From: Auanema rhodensis
Taxonomy: Eukaryota > Animalia > Nematoda
Assembly (NCBI GenBank): GCA_964057225.1
Contig: OZ059896.1
Span: 8,804,001 to 8,868,000, forward strand
Length of the DNA: 64,000 bases
Reading direction: 5' to 3'
The translations under genes were made by a program, and so were the position numbers. Positions 14,501-26,734 of the stretch are shown piece by piece. A model generated the notes under the pieces. It made no database searches and was not told the DNA's origin. It was given only the letters and a program-made list of their open reading frames with translations. Numbering within the stretch: position 1 is the stretch's first letter; the number at the start of each line of letters is the position of its first letter.

Positions 14501-17500
14501 TTCTTCTGGACTTTATGCCCACAGGACATAGACATCCGAATTCTACGTCGCCGGCAGTCTTATCGTCTTTGTATCTTGTACGTATGCTTCATACGACAAG
14601 TAGAAGCAGGATAAAGGTTGACCGGAAGTGAAAAAAAAATAATCAAATAGCTAATTTGATGACCTTACCTTAGATGCTTTTGGAGGATTTTTTCCTTTAT
14701 CCTTATCCGGTTTTTTCATATTTTAAATGGTTTTCGTTATGAAGATTTTTTTTTTCAGAAAAAATAAGATGAGAATATGGAAAGATAGCAAAAGCAGTTA
14801 ATGGAAATGTGGTCGAATGATGCTCTTCGTCTTTACAATACTCAGTAAGTAAAACGATGGACTGAGGACCTTAACATCATGGATTGAAGGATTAAACGAT
14901 GAAAGCGATGTGAAACATACATGAAGAAACAAATAGGAGGAGAAAGAGGATCAAAAAGATGACAACGAACGTCCATTTTAAGTCAAAGGACATGCCATGA
15001 TAGTAATGTCATTTCAAAAATAATAAATGAATGAGAAGAAATCTTAAAACCTTTTTCTTTTACTTGAATAGTTTCAAATGTTAGTATTTGATTGACAAAT
15101 AGAAAGTAAGAGAACAGGAATGAGTGAGAGAGAGAGAGAGAGATTTGTATTTGGCGCTTATAGTTATAGAAACTTTTTTTTTCTACTCAGCTTCTTCTTT
15201 TTTTTTGAAATATGAATTAAAATATATGAATACGTACCCCAGCTACTGCTGCTGGATTTTCAATTATGACACAACCCGCATCAACTGGTGAAACAACTTC
15301 AATCTGAAAATAAAAAAATATTATATACATAGTTAAGAAACTATATGATTTTATACTTTTTCATTATTATTAACAGATACTCTTGATATGTGACTCATGA
15401 TACTTTCATTTGATTTTGATTCCGGAATAGTTGGAATAGCAGTGTTGAGAGGTGGTCGTCGTCGTGGCTGAAAAACAAATATTTTCATTAGGGCATGTGC
15501 TTTCTGATTAATTTTGTGGTAGCTGAATTTAATTACAAAATAGCATGTATGAGGTAAATTACATATGAAGCTTGAAGCACTCTATCATATTATCCAGGAA
15601 ACATACATGCATCAATATGTATACATGTTGAGCTATGTATATGTATAGGTGTATATATGAAATAAAATATTTTTTTTATACATTATACATTTAAAAAAAA
15701 ACAATTTATATTAACTATATACGTATAGTATATATAAATTATATAATTGTATAATTATATTGTTATTTTCAAGAGAAAACAAGAAGGTAATGGATGTTTA
15801 AAAACAAATGAAGTGAAGATAGTTTAAGATGGAGAACAACCGATCGTTAAGCTTAAAACTAAAAAAATGAAAAAAGTCATTTTAATGATTGAAAATTGAG
15901 AAAAGAAAGAAAATTACGGTATTTTGCTCAAAAATGTTTCAAAAGAGAATAAGAACACTTAGTATCGAAAGTAAATTGAAACAAAAAAAAAGTTACAAAA
16001 AGAATTAGATTACAAGAAAAAAAAGAAGAAAAGAGGAAATAAGTAAAAGGTTTTTTTTCAATTCTACTGTTGTTACTAGTGCTTTCAGTAAAAGATTGAG
16101 AACGTTGTAATCAATTCTGGTTGAAAACCACAATGACATCTGTAGATTATTGCCCCCATTTGACATTGAATTTTTAATTTTTTTTTTGTCGAAGCTTTGA
16201 ACGAATAAATAAAATTAATCAATAAAATCAATGAAATCTTTTAAAAACTATAAAATATATTTGAAATAATATAATTAAATAGGAAAAAAACTTCAAAAAA
16301 TACTAGAAAGATGATGAGTATAGCCAGAAATATGCTTTTCTATATATGCGTCGTACATATAGAAAAGCATATTTCTGGTTATGCTCTTACTTAGTTTCTT
16401 TCGTTTTTTTTAGTTTTCTTGAAGACATACATGATCTCAAGAGACTAACTCTCAAAAAAACGTCCTATAATTGATAATAATCATTTTAAAAGTAAAATTC
16501 TTAGAATAATTAGAATAATTATATTATAATATATTATAAATAATATTTAAAATGTATTCAATTAAGATAATGAGTAAGAGAAATATAAAGAAAAAGATAA
16601 AATTAAGTTAAAATAAGGCAATACTAAGTATCTCATAAAAAATGTTTTATAAGCTGAAAGAGACAAACAAGTCACAATTTTGTATTTTAAACTTACTCTA
16701 TGTTCTTGCTCACGACTTTTCCGACTACCATATGTATTACTTCGGGACGTTGAAGTATCAGCATGCTCTAAAACTGGCCGTGTTGATGGTATAATCATCA
16801 ACGGAGTATGGGATCTGGGATATGGATAGGAAGGTCGACCACCGGTCGAAGATGACCGAATAATGGACGATTTATTCCTGAAAAAAGGCTTTATAAATGC
16901 TGAAAATGTAAATATTTTCTTCAATTTCTTCAATTATTTCTTTTTTATTTATGAAAAAATTTAAATTTCATGAAATACCTTTTCCAAGGAAATATGAAGT
17001 CGAGCATGAAAGCTCAATTTATAAATTTAGTTTAAAAGCATTTGAAGTCAAACTGATAGAAGTCAGTCAAGATTGAAATTCATATTAACGTCACATATCC
17101 GTTGTTATCTATGTATATAAATATAAAAAAATTATAATATTCATATAAGAAATAGAAACAAAAGAAAAACGAAATTTTAAAGTTTCAAGTTTTTAAAATT
17201 ATATTTGAATTTGATAAGTATTATTACTATATATATATATAGAGAGAGTTAAACTAAATCTTAATGAATATGCATGAAACATCAAAATAAATGAAGTTGA
17301 TGCTTGGAATATTTCTGATTTTCGTAATCAATGATTCCGGATTGTTATAAGCTACTAATGGATTTCTATTTGGTCGGAAGAGAAGATTATGAATTAGAAA
17401 ATAAAATAGAAATACTAAAGAAAGAGGAAAATCTGACGAAAAGGTGTGAATGATTCTATAGTCTTAGGCTTTGCTATATACATATGTATGTACGTGAATG

Positions 17501-19966
17501 TACAAAGATACATACATGTATGCAGCTCAATGTCAAAGCTTTCTATTATGTAAAGAGAATGTTTGAAAATACACAAAGATATTCAATCTATTCCTTAGTT
17601 TCAGAATTGGTCTTATGATTCATCTGTACTATTTGTATATTCTTTAGTTAGAAATACAATATTAACATATGAATAAGTGTAATTAAGAAGGAAAAAAAAA
17701 CAAAAAGTACGATATTTGATATGAAAATGAATTAAAATGTTTTTTTTATGAAAATAAATAAAAGTATGAGAATAGAGAATTAGAGCATCATTTTTTCTTT
17801 TTTTTTGACTAAAAAGTAAATGGAAAGAATAAACGATCAGTAATCGTCATACTTTTCCAGAATAAATAGCTTAGTATGTAAAGGATTAAAAATAGATTCA
17901 TGGTATGAATATAACTTTCCTTTCTTTTTTAAAAAAAAAGAGAAAAGAAAATAATTATAAAATTTATATAATTTATAAATGAAGTTTTGTATTTTGTTCA
18001 TTTAAGCATAACAAAACATCTTCTAAAATGGAGAACAAAGTTGAAAAAAGTCTTAGTTTACTTCACAAATGACTCCATTTGGAACCTTTAATCAAGCACT
18101 TGCTTCCAAAAGACTATCATAATTTATTTATTTGCTTTTTTTCTTGAGAAAAATCTTTTCAAACTCAATTTTACGTTTTTAAATATTTTTCAATGAACTT
18201 TCTACTTTCAATACATCTGAAGTATGAAAATGGAAAAAAAAAGATTAACTATATACTATATGTAAATTATAATATAATAATCTATAAGAAAAAAAACAAT
18301 TTATAGTATAAATATAAAAATATTTTCAGATATATAGTTGAAACTAAACAGATTTTTGTTTAAAACAGTTGTTGAAGTTCAGTAAAAGCTGAATACAACA
18401 TGAACTGATGAAATGGTACTTCCGATGGCATGACCCGATAATCGAGATAGACCTCATTAACATATAGAATGAATTGGAATATAAGTAAAAAGCTTAATCT
18501 ATTTCAAAAATTTTTAAAATATTAAAATAAAAATTAATTTTTGATAAAATATTTTTGATCATTTAGTCATAAATAATATAATTTATACTATACGTATATA
18601 TTATTAATTTATATTATAAATATAAATTATATTCTTTCATAATCATTCAACTTTTTATTTTATTTTTTTAAATTTAACGATCCCCTCCCTCTCATTCTTC
18701 TTCTTAGAGTTTTTTTTTCTCCTATCTTTTCGTTATATAGACATTGATGATGAGTAAGTATACTACTACATAGATGAAGAATAGAATTTGCCTACAAAAT
18801 AATTCAACGAATGGATGACCATTCTTATCCAATAGACATTGAATTTACTTATCCTTCAAAGTAATATAATAGATATAAATATATATATTTATCTATATAT
18901 TTATATATATTGAATAGCAAGCTGTCTATATATATGTCTATATCTTTCTTTCTTTTTTTGTTTTTTTTTTTGGTTTAATTCTTTTCATTTATATATTATT
19001 CTATTATATAATATATAATATTTATAATATTATATATATATAAAGAATTTATTATTTTAAAAATAAAATGATTAGCCAGTATAAGAACAATAACTTGTTT
19101 TCATTGTGAAAGGATATAAACTTTAAACTGTTGGTCAGTATTTCATGACAATATTATGCTTATGAAGGAAAAGCTTCCCTTGGCTCTGGCTTTCACGAAA
19201 ATAGACAAAATAATGGAGTTCTTCGCTCTTTATTCCAATGTAAAGGATTTACATTCGTCTAAAGAAAGAGCAGAAATGGGTAAAGATGGCGAACCCAAGT
19301 GTTGGGTGAGGGTAACTCTATGAGCACCCAATTAGGCTTATATTCAGACATTTAAAGCATCAGAATCTTTTCGCATTCGTTCTAATCCACAGACTTAGAG
19401 GCACAAGAAATAGATGAAAAAATGGAAAAGAATTGTGAAAGAAAGAGAGATAGAGAGAGAGAGAGAGATAGAGATAGAAAGAGAAAGAGAGAGAGAACAA
19501 ACGAGCCCTGAAAATAAAAGGTAGAATAAGAGAAAAAGTATCTCCAAGTATGAGGAAGAGAGCGAGAAGTGGAGAGAAGAGTACGAATCCGAACGATGTC
19601 GCAGAAGGAAAAACAAGTGAGCGTGTAGTAAGCAACCGTTCTCCATGCCAGTATCAGTATATTACGTGAAAGTGACGTAAGTCTAACCCCAAATACTTAA
19701 ATGCTAATGAAGTATATAGTTATGAATATTATTTTTTACTAAAAATAATAGTAAATATATATAATTCTTTTGATTCTTTTTGATATTTGAAGAAAATTAT
19801 TTTATTCTAATCTGTTATTCCCTTTAGTATTTAAATTAAAACTAACTTTTCAATATGGGAAAAGCATAAGATAAGATCCATTTCATCTAGTTTCATTTTA
19901 TCCCAAAAATATATTCAGAAACTAACAAGAGAAAGATAGCAAGTATGCCATACGTACTATTGAAAA

Positions 19967-20002
<36 letters not shown>

Positions 20003-21161
20003 TGCGTGAGATGGAGAAGGAAATAGAGATCAGAGAAAAAGAGATAGAATAAAGCAGATGAAAGCTTCTAGTAATTTCCGTATTGAAATCGGAGATTTTG
20101 AATTGAGAAGGAAAAAGTGAAACCTGAAATAGCTCTAAAGGCTTTTGAAGACACCTCCATATATAGTATATACATATGTATATTAAAATCTATATATATA
20201 GTATATCTATATACATCATATAATGTATTTTAAGGTCAATATTTATAAAATATAATATGTGAAGCTAAATTATAGTTATCATAGCTAATAAAGACTAAAA
20301 AATATCTTTAATAAGAAACTAAAACAAATGTGAGGAAAATGTTGTTAAAGAAATTTCTCAGCAATTCGAGTATCCACAATAGGTGCTTGCACCGGGCCAA
20401 ACACAAGAGAACTAAGCTCTACTTCTCTGACCAACTTTCGTTTATTCAAGCTTCTTGTTCTAACCTGGCGATATCCTAGGAAGGCTTGGAATTTTATTGA
20501 TTTGCACATGGATGCACATGGCTTATATACCTAGATAGTCAAGAGCCCGTAAATCATATGAAGTCATAGACAAAAATATTATTAAAATTTTTCCATAATA
20601 TAATTAATATAATTAAATATTATCTTTTTTTAGTTTAATAAATAAATAAATAATATTGTTTTGATATTATTATATTTTTAATATTAAAAAAAAACTTTTT
20701 TTATGCATAACTAGTTTATCTAAAATTATTTGAATGTCTAAACACATTGATCAGTAAGTGTCAAGTTTCTAATTTAAATAGATATTCTGTCACTATCTAT
20801 CAAAAATTGAATTAATTTAGAAATTCTATTGAAAAGAGAAAAAAAAATATTTTAAACTACTAATTAATGTGACAGAATTGAAATTAGGCGTATCTCAAGT
20901 CAATTGGCGCAACAAAGCTACCAAGAAGATTATATCTTCTGAATAAAAAATGTATTCTTTTTAAAATAAAACTATATTTAATTTATAAAATAAATAATAA
21001 ATCATATTATTATTTTATAAAATAATAGTTTCATAGAAAATTATTTATTTTATTTGTGAATATTTATGGTTATAATGGATTACAGATTAGATGCAAGAAT
21101 CATATAATTTAGCACATATATAGTCTAACAAGCATCATGTTGTTCAAGTATGTTTGAATAT

Positions 21162-21239
<78 letters not shown>

Positions 21240-23710
21240 TCTATATCTTTCTCTTATTCACTATTTCTCTTTCATGTATGTATATTCAAACTATAAAAAT
21301 ATGTTCTATGCTTATATTCTTCCAACTACTTAATGATGTGCCGACAAGAAGAATACGAGAATGGACAGATCGTCGGTTCACCAGCAAAAAGCTTTGTATG
21401 AAAGACGATGCTTATTTCATCTTCAGAAAGTATCTTTCTCTCTCTTTCTCTCATTTTTCCATGTTCTATCTGCTCTGTTCTCTCTTTACTCCCTGTTTTC
21501 CTTTCTCTCTTATTCATCTTTCTTGTTGGCATAATATCGTCATCATATTCGGTAATTAGAGTAAAACTGATAAATCTGTTCCTAATAAGCTATTTGAGAA
21601 TGTCTTTGTGCATATGTCAGCTTCAATTGTTACTGAATATTTGCTAATTAGACATGAAATATGATTTTATGATCAATAATATTTCTAATATATTTCATAT
21701 GTTAACTAATATTCTTAAAATTTTAAAATATATTCTCAAAACTTTTCCCTTATTACTTGATATTTCATTTATGGTTATGTAGGCTTTGAAGCTTCTATAA
21801 ATGGTTATGCTTCGAATGGTTACCATAGTGATGCTGAGAGAAATAGAGAAAGAACATGCAAATTAGAAGAAAAGACAAATGGTTTTGAAGACAAAGACAA
21901 ATTAATTTAAATGCTTTTACTAATACAAGTTGAAGGTGTTACCCAAAGCTTTTTTTTTTCGTTCATAGTCAAGGAATGTTTTGAATAAAATCATCAGAAG
22001 AAGCCTTAACTATAGTATATAAGAAGCCTAATAACAGATTAAAATCATATAAAACGTTCAAAATATAATTTATAAAAATATTAAAAGAAAAGCAAGCTAG
22101 GAGAAATGAGTTTGTAGTTAACTGAGCTTGCCTGCTTGATGCAGCTTCTCGCACATTTATGGGAATGTAACCTAAGTAGTTGTAGGCGAAGAGCATAGGT
22201 TTGCCAGTTATTATAAATTATATATAGATATATATGGTTAAGATAGAGAGAGAGAAATGAAATAAAAGTACTTTTAAGAGGTAAATACGAAGAGAACTAG
22301 AGAAAGAGAGAACGATAGATTGTAGGAAGAGCATATGGCTGGATGAGATAGAAAAGGTTAACAAATTAGAAATTTATGAGTAAATCTTTCATTATAGAAT
22401 ACATATTTCAATGAAAGTTCTTATAAACTTCTATTATTGAAGATATTAATATATATTTCTTATTAAATATTATGTTATAATATATAGAATCTTTCAAATA
22501 TTTTCCACTATATTCCTTATAAAACAAAAAGATTTCTAACTAGTTGTTTTCGAATTTGAACTACATATGTATGTTGGCAACGATTCAAGTAAAGGTTCAA
22601 AGCTGGTACATTAGTCAAAAATGATTTCAGGAAACAACAAGTAACTGTAGTCAATTAGAAACCATTTTACTTAAAAATTTAGATGAAAAGAGTGAAAAGT
22701 CAATTGGTATGTTGGAAAGAAGAAGTTGTAGATCATGGTCGACGTGCCGACAACTAGATCCAGAAAGACCCATCACCCCATGAGCAGATTCAGAATTCCC
22801 TGTGGGCATGTTCAAAAGACAGACAAGACCAACCAGCGTGTAGTTCCGTTCATATCGCCATTTTTTCCATCAGACCATTCAGATGACATTGAGATTTGAC
22901 GAACGACGATAACGAAGTCAAAAGCCGAAGCTTTATCTGTAATATTCTTGCCAAAACTTTCTTTCAGGGACCTCTTCAACCTCTCGAATTCTCTCTCCAT
23001 TTCCCGTTTTCTCTCACTTACATACTTTGCCCTAGAATTATTGAGTGATCGAAAGAAAGGTTACTTGATTGCTCATTAAGAATTCTGAAATAAAATAAAG
23101 AGCCACTTGTCATGATTCAGTAAATTGGACAGATGGTCAACTTTTCATCATGACAGAAGACTTCCTCAGGTTGATTTCAAATAATTTTTATTATGTGAAT
23201 ATAAGTTAAATTTCAAATATTATTCATAGAATAATAAACTATATATTTACACATGTATATATGAGTAATCAACGTAATAAACACAAGAGAAATATTAATA
23301 GAAGTAGATAGTACATAGTTAATTGAAAACTATTTCCAGGAGAAGATTTACTATGATGTTTCTCTTTTTTTTTATATTTTTAGTTAATTTATTTATTTCT
23401 ATATTTATCTATTTTTCTCTATATATTATATACATCACAGTTTGTTCAGCACTCTGTCCCAGATCTACATGTATCTCATGGGAGTAGACTGAGAAGCTGC
23501 TGATAGGCTTGGGATGGCCAGAAAGACAAATGAGTCTCGACGCTAGAATTCAATGCAACAGTTATGACACAGAACTGTTGACAACTACATTTTATAAAAT
23601 TATTAATAGATATAATATTCATATTATAAGCAAATTATCGAATTAACTTGAAGAAATTGAAGAAATTATAAAAGAAAGAGAACTTACCTAGGCATGAAGA
23701 TAGTTGCCAT
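1752..23710 (-). CDS. Large multi-exon, multi-promoter Ser/Pro-rich protein with a giant repeat exon and C-terminal coiled coil; CCSER (FAM190)-like by inference
   Basis: Exon chain with compatible phases at the junctions checked (e.g. 16697-16877, exons starting at 15467 and 13245, 8549-11808, 7856-8498, ~7001-7070, ~4159-4374, ~2766-2806, ~1938-2067, 1752-1886). Ends LNEVKDIKAQLQQLRQFVEQ-ETAHNEDEAKEALIRENDALRRQLIEQDNIIKSLKQQLATLKTV*. Gene existence is solid; family identity is inferred from remembered CCSER coiled-coil sequence. Confidence 0.75.
2301..2385. repeat. (CT)n microsatellite, intronic
   Basis: Direct inspection. Confidence 0.95.
5098..5168. repeat. (GA)n microsatellite
   Basis: Direct inspection. 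Confidence 0.9.
8880..11122 (-). repeat. Coding tandem repeat, 180-bp (60-aa) unit, about 12.5 copies
   Basis: atgacgtatc recurs every 180 bp from 8951 to 11111 (13 times); unit SPKKEKKVRSPSPEEPRSPERYVMIAKTPLTSRKHQTFVVGDAEPKLEVAEAVTTVEAIV. Confidence 0.98.
16316..16386. repeat. Near-perfect inverted repeat (hairpin) in intron
   Basis: GAGTATAGCCAGAAATATGCTTTTCTATAT ... ATATAGAAAAGCATATTTCTGGTTATGCTC. Confidence 0.9.
19445..19495. repeat. Imperfect (GA)n microsatellite
   Basis: Direct inspection. Confidence 0.85.
21162..21253. repeat. (CT)n microsatellite
   Basis: Direct inspection. Confidence 0.95.
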
Positions 23711-26700
23711 GCGGTCAATAGAAAAATACGAATATCAGCTGGCCAAATATGAATACACTTCTTGATAATGTGTTTCTTACGTCGTCACGTCAGAAGGCCA
23801 GATGGACGGACGACGATCGTCGTATAGACGACTTCAGATGTCTGTAGATGAATATAAGATATTAAAGAGTTTATGATAATGAAGAATGGAATATTAAATG
23901 AAGGAATATAATAACTCAGAAAAGAATGAAAAGCTTGAGTAGCTGTAAAAGGAAAAGCTTATAAGAGGAGAGGCAAGATGCATTCGACTGAGTATGTGCA
24001 TATATGGGTATGAAAAGGCCTGAAGGGGAGTATCTCGAAGAGCTTGGGTGCTTAACGGATCGGCACGAACTGCCGGCAGTTTTGAAAAGAGTAATAATAA
24101 AGCTACAATATGCAGTATTAGGAATCAAATTTAACGTAAATAGTTGAAAGAAAAGTGCAAATGAAGTACAGTTTAAGAATAATATAAGGAAAAACGAATA
24201 ATAGATATGAATACGAAGCAATAGAGATGCGTCTAGTTGTAGTTCATCTCGAGTTCTTGATTCAGAAGTAGAAGCGGGTCGACCTTTCATTCTGAACGTC
24301 GTCCGTCCGTCTCTGTCTCTTCGTGCTCAATTGTCAGTTTGCCTTAGAGCAAATTCCGACTGGAGCACGGATTAGGTGTTACTGCTCCATGCCTCACACT
24401 TTCTTCTCACTCTCTCTCCCTTCATTTCTCGCTCTCTGGCACTCTCTGTTATTTCTGCCGGTTGCTGCCTTTACTTAGACGAGGAGTCTCTCTCAGCTTC
24501 CGTTCTCCTCTCACTCAGCTGCTCCTCCCCTTTCCTTCTTTCCTCGTCTTCCTCTCTCTCTCTTTATCTCTCTATTTCTTACTTTCTTACTCTTTTACTC
24601 TTAAATTCTCTTCCTCCTATCTCACTCTCTATCTTGCTTAGATACTCCCCCTGCTCCGGCATTAGCAACAATCAGCCGATGGGGCGGAGCTAATTGAATT
24701 GCCAATCCTTTGAGATAGCATAATAAATATGGAGAACGGAAGATATATAGAGAAGAACAGAAAGTCTATAGAAGAGACACAGGATTTGAATGAAATAAAA
24801 GGAAGTCAACTGGACACAAGAACTGATCAGAAAACCTCAACTATCCAAAATGAGATTCAGAAAGTGAGTGAGAGAACGGGAAGAAAGTGACAGAGAAGGA
24901 ATTGTCCAAGATAGGAGCAAGATAACTACTGGTGTTAGTAGAGAAAAACGTAAATATGGAGCAAAATAGAGAGATTCAGAGCCAAAGAAAGCGACGAGCA
25001 ACGATAGACGAATAAAGACGAAAAAGATACAAGAGAGACATGAGAGAAAACGAATAAGTATCCTGATGATCTGTAAAGCTGTCCATAACGAATCACATCA
25101 CTATTACTGAAGTGAATTTATTGAATGAATAGAGAGAAGCCTGCCGAGTTATGGCTACACAACAAGCTTTAAGCTTCATGCTTCCTAATATGGCTAATTT
25201 GCTGCTGTTGTTCGCGCCTATGCTGATGTTCTGTGCATCTTCGAGATCAATGCATTTAGGCATGGTCGTTTGCTCATCATTTTAAAAAAATTTGAGATCT
25301 TGAGATCTTTTTTTTTTCCTTTCAAATCTCATCAAAAATTTTGAATAAGCTTCGTAAAAATATGAGAAAATATGCTTAACTACTATTTTCTCTTCGTTTT
25401 TTTTGCATTTTCATGGAATAAATTTGGTTGCAGCCTGTAAGATAATCATTATGCATTTTATTGAATATTGTTTGATAAGAAAATATTTTTCATAACTTTT
25501 AAATGAATAAATATAATTATTTCTGTAAAATATAAACATATAGTTATATAGTTATATGTTGAAATGAGACCAAAAACTTGTGATAGAAAGTAAGCAAAGT
25601 GACATTAACTAATATTCTACAAACTGTAACATCTTAATAAATGCAAAAGGAAAAACAGATTGAACCGGTGGCTGTCATGGTGACGTCATCCGGTGAATCA
25701 GCAATAACCTAAAAAGGAATAGTAGACAGGTAACTATACATTAAAAATAGATGGCTAATTAATATATTACTTTCCTTCCCTAACATTGAATTAGTTTTGA
25801 CTAATGTTTTTGGAAGAAAGCTTACAAGCTATTCGACATGACAGAATATTATAAAATTTGAAGAGCTAACAATCATTTAAAGCTTCAGAATTGTAGATCT
25901 GAACAGCTGGACAACGAGCTTGTTTCCGGTAAAAAGCTCAATCGCCTTCATTCATTGCTGACAAATGTTGCAAAAAAGACAAAAAGTCAGAATAATAGTA
26001 TGTAATAGTTTAATCTTAATGTCATATATAACTATATTTAGAATTATAAATAATAATAATAATAATAAAGAAATATTGTAATATTATAGTAAACTACGTA
26101 TAAAATAGATTTTATAAGAATATATTTTTATTTAAGCCAATAGTTATAAGAAAAAAAAACAATTGTTGTGGTGGGAGTGTATGAGTAAAAACAAAATATC
26201 TGACCACTGAATAACAATTTGTTTTATTTTCTTAATCATTTTCTAACTCGGTAAATAGCTTTTCCTAATGAGAACCAAATTTAACAGAAAAGGAAGACAA
26301 GAAATTTTGTATAAAATTAATCAAAAATACATAGCTATTGATAGAAAGTTAAGTATAATATATTATATTATAAGAGAAGTATTTTTAAATTATTTTGTAA
26401 AAATACTTTATAATTAGATTTTAAAACTTATTTTGAATGCTTTAATTCAAATCATTTTGTGTTTATAATCAAGAAAATATGATAAATATACTTTATTCTA
26501 TTTAATTATAATAAATATTAATCTATTTAACTTGAATATATAATATGAAATAAAGAATTTGATGCTAAGGTGCAAATTTTAACTATTATTATGCTATTCG
26601 TTAATATTGATATCATCATTTTGAGATTCCTGTACAACTCTGTAAGAAGCTTTGGCACAACATTCTGGAGTTTCAAATTCCAGTTTTCCTTTGGAATTCA

Positions 26701-26734
26701 AGCAAATGGTCCGTTCTACTTCATTTGTTCGGAC

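Noticed and set aside
19290-19340. Intronic TAAGCCTAA next to a hairpin as a telomerase RNA template
   Set aside because: No recognisable pseudoknot or H/ACA domain; a 9-mer match alone is insufficient
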